A stretch of 55,632 nt of DNA, from IMG/VR virus record IMGVR_UViG_3300045006_000223, positions 1 to 55,632 of that record. One strand, written 5' to 3'. This document shows positions 54,305 through 55,632 of this stretch, one piece after another. The position numbers and the translations under genes were made by a program. The DNA comes from a virus. Its lineage: Duplodnaviria > Caudoviricetes. Positions within the stretch are counted from its first letter, which is position 1; each line of letters begins with the position of its first letter. The notes below the pieces were generated by a model. That model was not told the DNA's origin. It made no database searches and saw only the letters and a list, made by a program, of their open reading frames with translations.

Positions 54305-54481
54305 ATGGTACGACAGACAGCGGGCGGCTATATGGCGACAGTCTACGGCATAAGCCGGACCGGTTTTGTCTCGGAGCTTGCCGCTTGGCAATGGATTGCC
54401 CAAGTAACGGGGCATAGCCTGTCATATGTGCGCGCTAACGCCAGTGGTAACTTGAGCAATTGCAAGCGCAAAAAATCGTAA
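54305..54481 (+). CDS. Small early protein (58 aa)
   Basis: GAGG SD, ATG 54305, lies between motif copies. Confidence 0.6.
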   Translation: MVRQTAGGYMATVYGISRTGFVSELAAWQWIAQVTGHSLSYVRANASGNLSNCKRKKS

Positions 54482-54486
54482 AAATT

Positions 54487-54516
54487 TTATCCGGTTTTGA
54501 TCGATTGATTGCCTAT
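54487..54516 (+). promoter_or_regulatory. Bipartite motif copy 5
   Basis: TTATCCGGTTT-N11-TTGCCTAT. Confidence 0.8.
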
Positions 54517-54555
54517 AGGCTGTCAAGCGATAAACAAGATGAGAGCGAGGCTAAG

Positions 54556-54786
54556 ATGAAACAAGTAAGTCACAATCCCTTCGCACGAGAGTCTATGATA
54601 CGCGAAAACGTCTATGTCACCGTGGAAACCTGTGCATGGTGCGGCAATGTCCGCAAAACCAAAACCGGCAAGGCGTACCTGTACCGGTACGGTATTGAGC
54701 CAGACGACAAGCCCGGCCGCATATCGTACCTTCGCGGGCTGTACTGTGACGCACACTGTATGCGCGCCCACCACGATATACGGTAA
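54556..54786 (+). CDS. Small Zn-finger-like early protein
   Basis: CAWCG...YCDAHC; GAGG SD. Confidence 0.75.
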   Translation: MKQVSHNPFARESMIRENVYVTVETCAWCGNVRKTKTGKAYLYRYGIEPDDKPGRISYLRGLYCDAHCMRAHHDIR

Positions 54787-54802
54787 AACTGTCATGTAAG
54801 CA

Positions 54803-54830
54803 AAGCTTACCCGGCAGGTAGCTTTTTCTT
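54803..54830 (+). terminator. Terminator
   Basis: AAGC-T-TACC/GGTAGCTT stem plus T-run. Confidence 0.55.
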
Positions 54831-54836
54831 CTGTTT

Positions 54837-54866
54837 TTATCCGGTTTCTGGTATTTCATCGCCTAT
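54837..54866 (+). promoter_or_regulatory. Bipartite motif copy 6
   Basis: TTATCCGGTTT-N11-TCGCCTAT. Confidence 0.8.
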
Positions 54867-54883
54867 TAGGCAAAGGAAAAATT

Positions 54884-55225
54884 ATGCAAATAACGATTGC
54901 CCCTGAGTATCTTCGGGAAACCATTGGTTTCGTCGCCAATACCATTGTCACACGCAAAGAGGAAATTCTGGCCGCCTACTGCGAAAAACAGGCAACGGAT
55001 GACAAGACAAGCGCCAATTTCCTGGCCGAGTGTTATAAGGAACTGGATGGTCTGAATCCTGCTGCTGTTGTATGGGCTGCTGTTGGCTATATCGTCACCT
55101 ATCAAGGTGATGACAACGTTACCATCGTCGTCTGTAATGACGGCGAACTGTGCACCACTGGCAAAAATGGTGAGATTCACGCTATCTTCCATCGCGACAA
55201 TTGTAAGTACACCTTCCACACGTAA
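54884..55225 (+). CDS. Hypothetical early protein
   Basis: AAGGA SD, 113 aa. Confidence 0.8.
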   Translation: MQITIAPEYLRETIGFVANTIVTRKEEILAAYCEKQATDDKTSANFLAECYKELDGLNPAAVVWAAVGYIVTYQGDDNVTIVVCNDGELCTTGKNGEIHAIFHRDNCKYTFHT

Positions 55226-55232
55226 AAGGATT

Positions 55233-55262
55233 TTATCCGGTTTCCGCAATTTCATTGCCTAT
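55233..55262 (+). promoter_or_regulatory. Bipartite motif copy 7
   Basis: TTATCCGGTTT-N11-TTGCCTAT. Confidence 0.8.
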
Positions 55263-55283
55263 AAGGCAAAGGAGAAAACGCAA

Positions 55284-55502
55284 ATGACAATCGAACAAGC
55301 AAAGACCCTCAAGGTCGGTTCCTACGTCCACCATGTCAGCAAGAAAAACGCTGACGGCACTCCCATGCGTGCCAAGGTTCTTTCCGTCAAGACGTGGAAA
55401 ACCCGGCCACATGATGTCGTCGTGTCTGTCAAACACGGAATGTACGACTACGCGAAGTTTAGTCAGGATGAGCTGTCCCAGATCGAACTTGGCTACGAGT
55501 AA
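55284..55502 (+). CDS. Hypothetical early protein (72 aa)
   Basis: AAGGAG SD, ATG 55284; VKTWKTRP motif. Confidence 0.8.
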   Translation: MTIEQAKTLKVGSYVHHVSKKNADGTPMRAKVLSVKTWKTRPHDVVVSVKHGMYDYAKFSQDELSQIELGYE

Positions 55503-55585
55503 TAGCTGCCGCCTGCCGGCGCACTGCCAGTATGCACCATAATACCCGCAGTGTGGCAACGGTTCGCCTGCTGGCAGGCGGCTTT

Positions 55586-55615
55586 TTATCCGGTTTCCGC
55601 AATTTCATTGCCTAT
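55586..55615 (+). promoter_or_regulatory. Bipartite motif copy 8
   Basis: TTATCCGGTTT-N11-TTGCCTAT; the window ends just after its SD. Confidence 0.8.
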
Positions 55616-55632
55616 TAGGCAAAGGAAAAATT

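Larger units (their letters stand above)
1..55632. mobile_element. Tailed dsDNA bacteriophage (contractile tail), near-complete but open-ended contig
   Basis: Terminase-portal-protease-capsid-sheath-tube-TMP-baseplate-fibre operon on the - strand, phage replication module on the + strand, no host housekeeping genes. Confidence 0.97.

Noticed and set aside
1-55632. Complete circular genome, prophage status, recoded genetic code or tRNAs
   Set aside because: The ends do not join (open collagen ORF vs promoter repeat); no integrase, att site or host genes; genes are intact under the standard code; no tRNA cloverleaf seen

Overview
The window is most of a tailed dsDNA phage genome with a contractile tail (myovirus-type). 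It is broken at both ends: inside a collagen-like gene at position 1 and inside a repeated promoter-like unit at the right end. The + strand (about 1.2-22.3 kb) holds small early genes and a replication/nucleotide module: PD-(D/E)XK exonuclease, DUF1351, SSB-like protein, AEP primase, UvrD-like helicase, PolA, DUF3310, ThyX, an intein-containing TopoVI-A/Spo11-like TOPRIM protein, VRR-NUC, HNH and a SNF2 helicase. The - strand (about 22.2-51.8 kb) holds terminase, DUF1073 portal, DUF2213 protease/scaffold, capsid, neck, sheath/tube, frameshifted chaperones, tape measure, baseplate, fibre, a lipase and a lysis cassette. An AT-rich control region and single-gene early units lie at about 52-55.6 kb. 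I recognised no integrase, repressor, tRNA, CRISPR or reverse transcriptase. The main finding is at 2218-4167: an array of six integron-type gene cassettes, each closed by a well-formed attC site, inside the phage early region with no integron integrase in the window. Each cassette starts with a sequence-variable hairpin followed by an unpaired A, 16-18 nt after the crossover G. Other notable items are a SNF2 helicase split into two genes in reversed order, a strictly spaced bipartite motif (8 copies), an over-represented GCAGAAAAA motif, two nested spanin-like genes sharing one RBS, a TBD-like insertion in the PolA thumb, a DUF2829/Tad2-like gene and tandem Fur-box-like repeats. All protein calls come from motifs and synteny read by eye, not from database searches.
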